DNA of 64,000 nt from Chara braunii (Eukaryota > Plantae > Charophyceae): contig BFEA01000001.1 in the NCBI GenBank assembly GCA_003427395.1, positions 11,403,787 through 11,467,786 of the forward strand. The letters run 5' to 3'. The number at the start of each line of letters is the position of its first letter. Within the stretch, counting starts at the first letter, position 1. Both the position numbers and the translations under genes were made by a program. The notes beneath the pieces were generated by a model. That model ran no database searches and had not been told where the DNA came from. It was given only the letters and a program-made list of their open reading frames with translations. Shown one piece after another: positions 60,969 through 64,000 of this stretch.

Positions 60969-61023
60969 CAGCGGTCATGCTCATCTTCTCTGTATTATCT
61001 CTCGAATTTTAACGGATGTCCCG

Positions 61024-61221
61024 GGGCCAAATCCCACTACCAGCGTTGAGCTACCTCAACGCCTGAATCTGGACGCTTTTGCGGCGATGTGCAGAACAAC
61101 GCCTGAATCTGGACGTGTTTGTGGAGACGTGCAGTTCAGGAAACTCAACACCATTTCTGCACATCGCCGCAAAAGAATTCAGGCGTTGAGGTAGCTCAAC
61201 TCTGCTAGTGGGACTTGGCCC
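61024..61221. mobile_element. Harbinger-like MITE, TSD CCG, inserted in the U6 5' stem-loop
   Basis: Same TIRs, with an internal duplication of AACGCCTGAATCTGGACG and CCG on both sides. Confidence 0.9.
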
Positions 61222-61299
61222 CCGGAACGACAAAACCAACCGATTTAAGATTTGATCCCCCACCCCCCCCAAAAAAAAGATTTGATCCTGATGCAGATG

Positions 61300-61383
61300 T
61301 GCAGTAGCCCAGTTGGTCGGGCACCTGTGCTCTACAGGTTCCTGTGTTGCAAGACAAGCCGCGGGTTCGAGTCCTTACGGCCT
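61300..61383 (+). pseudogene. tRNA-like sequence (Pol III A/B boxes)
   Basis: TAGCCCAGTTGG ... GGTTCGAGTCC; the cloverleaf stems are not intact. Confidence 0.5.
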
Positions 61384-61536
61384 AGAATGAGTGCTCGCTA
61401 CCTTGTTCCCCCAGATACGAAGTACGGTAATTATAGTTGTATCTAGACTGAAAAAAAAAAAAAAAAAAAAAAAAAAGATGCCTCGAATAGAGCTATAATG
61501 ACCGTCCGATGTAGGAAGAAGGTACTGGACTCAGGC

Positions 61537-61815
61537 GCATTTGCATCCTCGACGGTCGCAAGGCTGTGTAGATGGTGTATGGGGGGTCCAACCTGTAGAG
61601 CGTCCTGCTGGCTGTTCTTATAACATCCACAGTTGGGGGCGGAGGGTCGCTCAGCAACTGGGTAACTGGGTGACTGGGTATCCGGGCATTTGCATCCTTG
61701 ACGGTTGGAAGGCTGTGTAGATGTTGTCATGGGGCGTCCCACCTGTAGAGCGTCCTGCTGGCTGTGCTTACAACATACACAGTTGGGGGGCGGAGGGTCG
61801 CTGAGCTACTGGGTA
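61537..61815. repeat. ~149-bp tandem duplication
   Basis: GCATTTGCATCCT...ACCTGTAGAGCGTCCTGCTGGCTG...GGGGGCGGAGGGTCGCT occurs at 61537 and 61686. Confidence 0.85.
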
Positions 61816-63842
61816 CCGTTGGGAGTCTCCCGGTTGGAATGCCCCACTCTGCCCTGGGTGTGTCCTGGGAGTGTGATTATAGCATTGGCCATCAGGGTAG
61901 GGCCTGCCTATACCTCAGCCTGCACAACTTTCCGGCCAGCACAAAGGGCTGGCCCGGGCTCCGTTGGTGGACCCATGAAAATTACGAGCCAAAGTTCGAA
62001 TCCAGATGCAATAGACGCAGAGAATAAAATAATTGTGAATTACCTAAGGGCTGGTCAGTTCAGTGATTATATCTCAGTGCTGGGTCGAACACCATCTGCC
62101 TGGGTCCCAATCGGACGTCCAGACCTGTGCTCATAAGGACGAGGGATGGACCAGTGCAGAAAGACACAACCTGGTTCAGCTGCAAGGAACCATGCAATGA
62201 GAACACCAATAAACCAGATTGCGACATCTCACAGAAGACCAGACATAATTGAGCCTACTCGGAGTTGAAAGTCGAAAATCAAAACGAAATCCACACGAAA
62301 TAGGAGCGAGAAATGTGCTGAGGCCCTTCCTACTTCCTTGCTCCTCCCAGCCTATCTACATGTCAGCTGTCTGTCCACGTGTCAAACACCCAATGCTGAT
62401 TGATGCCTCTCCTCACACAGGCCGCCTTCGTCAACACCAGGTATGTGCGCTCGGTCCCTACTGCCTACCTCTCCTGCCGACCTCCACACCTCCACCACTC
62501 CGCTTCATGGGCGCGTAGCCAGCTATGGCTAGCACCTAGCTGGCTACGCGCCTTCCTTCTCTCGCTGCCACCACACAGCTTCTCTTCTCCAACGGGCACT
62601 GCTCGCTGCTCTTCCTGGCAGCGCTGTCGCCGTGCAGCCTCACTGCCAGAATGTGTTGAATGCCAGGCCTGCCAGACGTTTGTTCTGGACGAGGAGACCG
62701 CAGCCGTGCCCTGCCCAGTGCCAGTAGGTGGTTCCTCGGGCCTGCTGGGTCTGTGTGCAGATCCCAGCCACCACAACTAAATCATGGGCTGGGTCCTGGG
62801 TTAGTTGCAGAGGCTGGCTTCTGCCACTTCGGGGGCTCTGGCCGGCCCTCACTTAGGGCCTACCTACGCAGGGGTACAATTCCTCTCACAGACCAGGTGC
62901 GGACAATAAGGCTTGCTGACCCGAAACGGCTACTTGGCCTATGCTGGTCCACACAGGCATCTCGGGCTGTTTAGACTCGGACAAAACAAAGCCTGAACGT
63001 CCTGTCCCCTGCATTGCGTGGTTGCTATGCATATGACATTCTTTATCAGCTGGCGACTCCATGTGTTTCCTATAGCTCAAACAGGCATCAAACGGTGGGT
63101 TGCAATGGTAGCGACCCCTAGGAGTTTTCCAGCAATTCTGTAGGCTTAGAAAGAGGGAGGCACAATGATGCCACCACACATATACGGTCGGATGTTAGAC
63201 TTCGTACATATGGCAGTGGGGAAGATTACAGTCGGCACAGACTCGGCAGTGATTTTTTTGCACTTTTGGAAAGCTGGTGGGCGTAGAGGCAAGGAGGACA
63301 GGCCTCGGAGCACATGGTGACAGGGAGCCAGGCCTCTGGACTACTGTCTTCCCCCAAACACAATGCACGCTCATTTTGGCTGCACAGGACCGGAAACATA
63401 GCTTGTATACATTCTTATGAATCTTATCAGGGTGCGTTGTAGGTCCAGCAGATTTACATAGATTTAGCCTTAAACTTGGAGGTCCCTCCAGCAGTCATGC
63501 TATTGCTCTGGCAAAAGGGGGATGCGGCAGATCAGCTGGAGATGCAGTAGGAGCTTGGTGTTGAAGAAGAAGACCTCCATGGATGTGAGAAGAGAGTAGG
63601 AGGGGGAAGGATAAGGTTTGGCAATGCTCGCTAGGGTTAGCGCCCACACTGGGCAATGTAGAAGTGGAGGACATGAGCCAAGTGAGAGGAGAAATAAAAA
63701 GAGGGGAGCCATGCCAGGATGAATACCTTTTGTTTTTGCGGACTTTCATCTTCCCTCCTATGTGTGGTGTGTTACATCAAGAAGATCCTTTTAGGGTTCA
63801 CTCCAGTCGAAAACATCACCCAGGAGTGTGCCACTGCTGTTC

Positions 63843-64000
63843 TTTTTTTTTTTTTTTTTTTTTTTTAAACATCTGGATTGGGGAGTAGAGGGCATGCTGA
63901 TACGAGCAGACACCCCCTCTACCCCCCAAGATGAGAAGATGACTCCGTTCCATTGGTGGGGAGCTGCACCTGCTGGAAACCGGTTCCAGCGTCCCTTACA
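63843..64000 (-). mobile_element. LINE/SINE 3' tail with poly(A), continuing beyond the window
   Basis: T-run at 63843-63867; motif GGGACGCTGGAACCGGTTTCCAGCAGGTGCAGCTCCCCACC on the minus strand at 63955-63995. Confidence 0.7.

Larger units (their letters stand above)
60767..61231 (-). pseudogene. U6: Diverged U6 snRNA copy interrupted by two MITEs
   Basis: Segments GGACCATTTCTC...CGCAG (60767-60804), CATGCTCATCTTCTCTGTAT...AATTTTAACGGATGTCCCG (60969-61023) and GAACGAC (61225-61231) are collinear with the reverse complement of U6. Confidence 0.85.

Noticed and set aside
62635-62650. CAGCCTCACTGC as protease exon 2 (xHC)
   Set aside because: Wrong phase relative to the phase-1 donor, and the downstream translation is not protease-like.
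62250-63840. Decayed LINE ORF2 C-terminus on the minus strand
   Set aside because: Only weak motif resemblance; it could not be supported without a profile search.

Overview
This is a eukaryotic, transposon-saturated 64-kb scaffold segment with several N-gaps. The LINE ORF1 family, the plant-type U6/U2 sequences, the N-terminal-GIY-YIG Penelope-like element and the multi-kb LTRs suggest a streptophyte alga such as Chara (inference). Only one host gene is visible: exon 1 of a secreted S1A trypsin-like serine protease (44309-44588, +). Its next exon was not found, so the last ~19 kb may be a single intron. The rest is nested mobile DNA: a near-full-length L1/Tx1 LINE split by a solo LTR, further LINE remnants, a Chlamys-type Penelope-like element, a decayed Ty3/gypsy gag-pro, large LTRs, several MITE families, tRNA-derived SINE heads, and U6/U2 snRNA copies. 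Four observations stand out. (1) Two related LTRs carry the same sense+antisense mosaic of 25S/28S rRNA fragments. (2) One of these LTRs holds an array of covarying 37-nt hairpins. (3) All four copies of a Harbinger-like MITE family (CNG target duplications) lie in or next to U6 sequences. (4) Two LINE-tail families carry conserved H-type pseudoknots upstream of poly(A). All calls were made by eye; no database searches were run.
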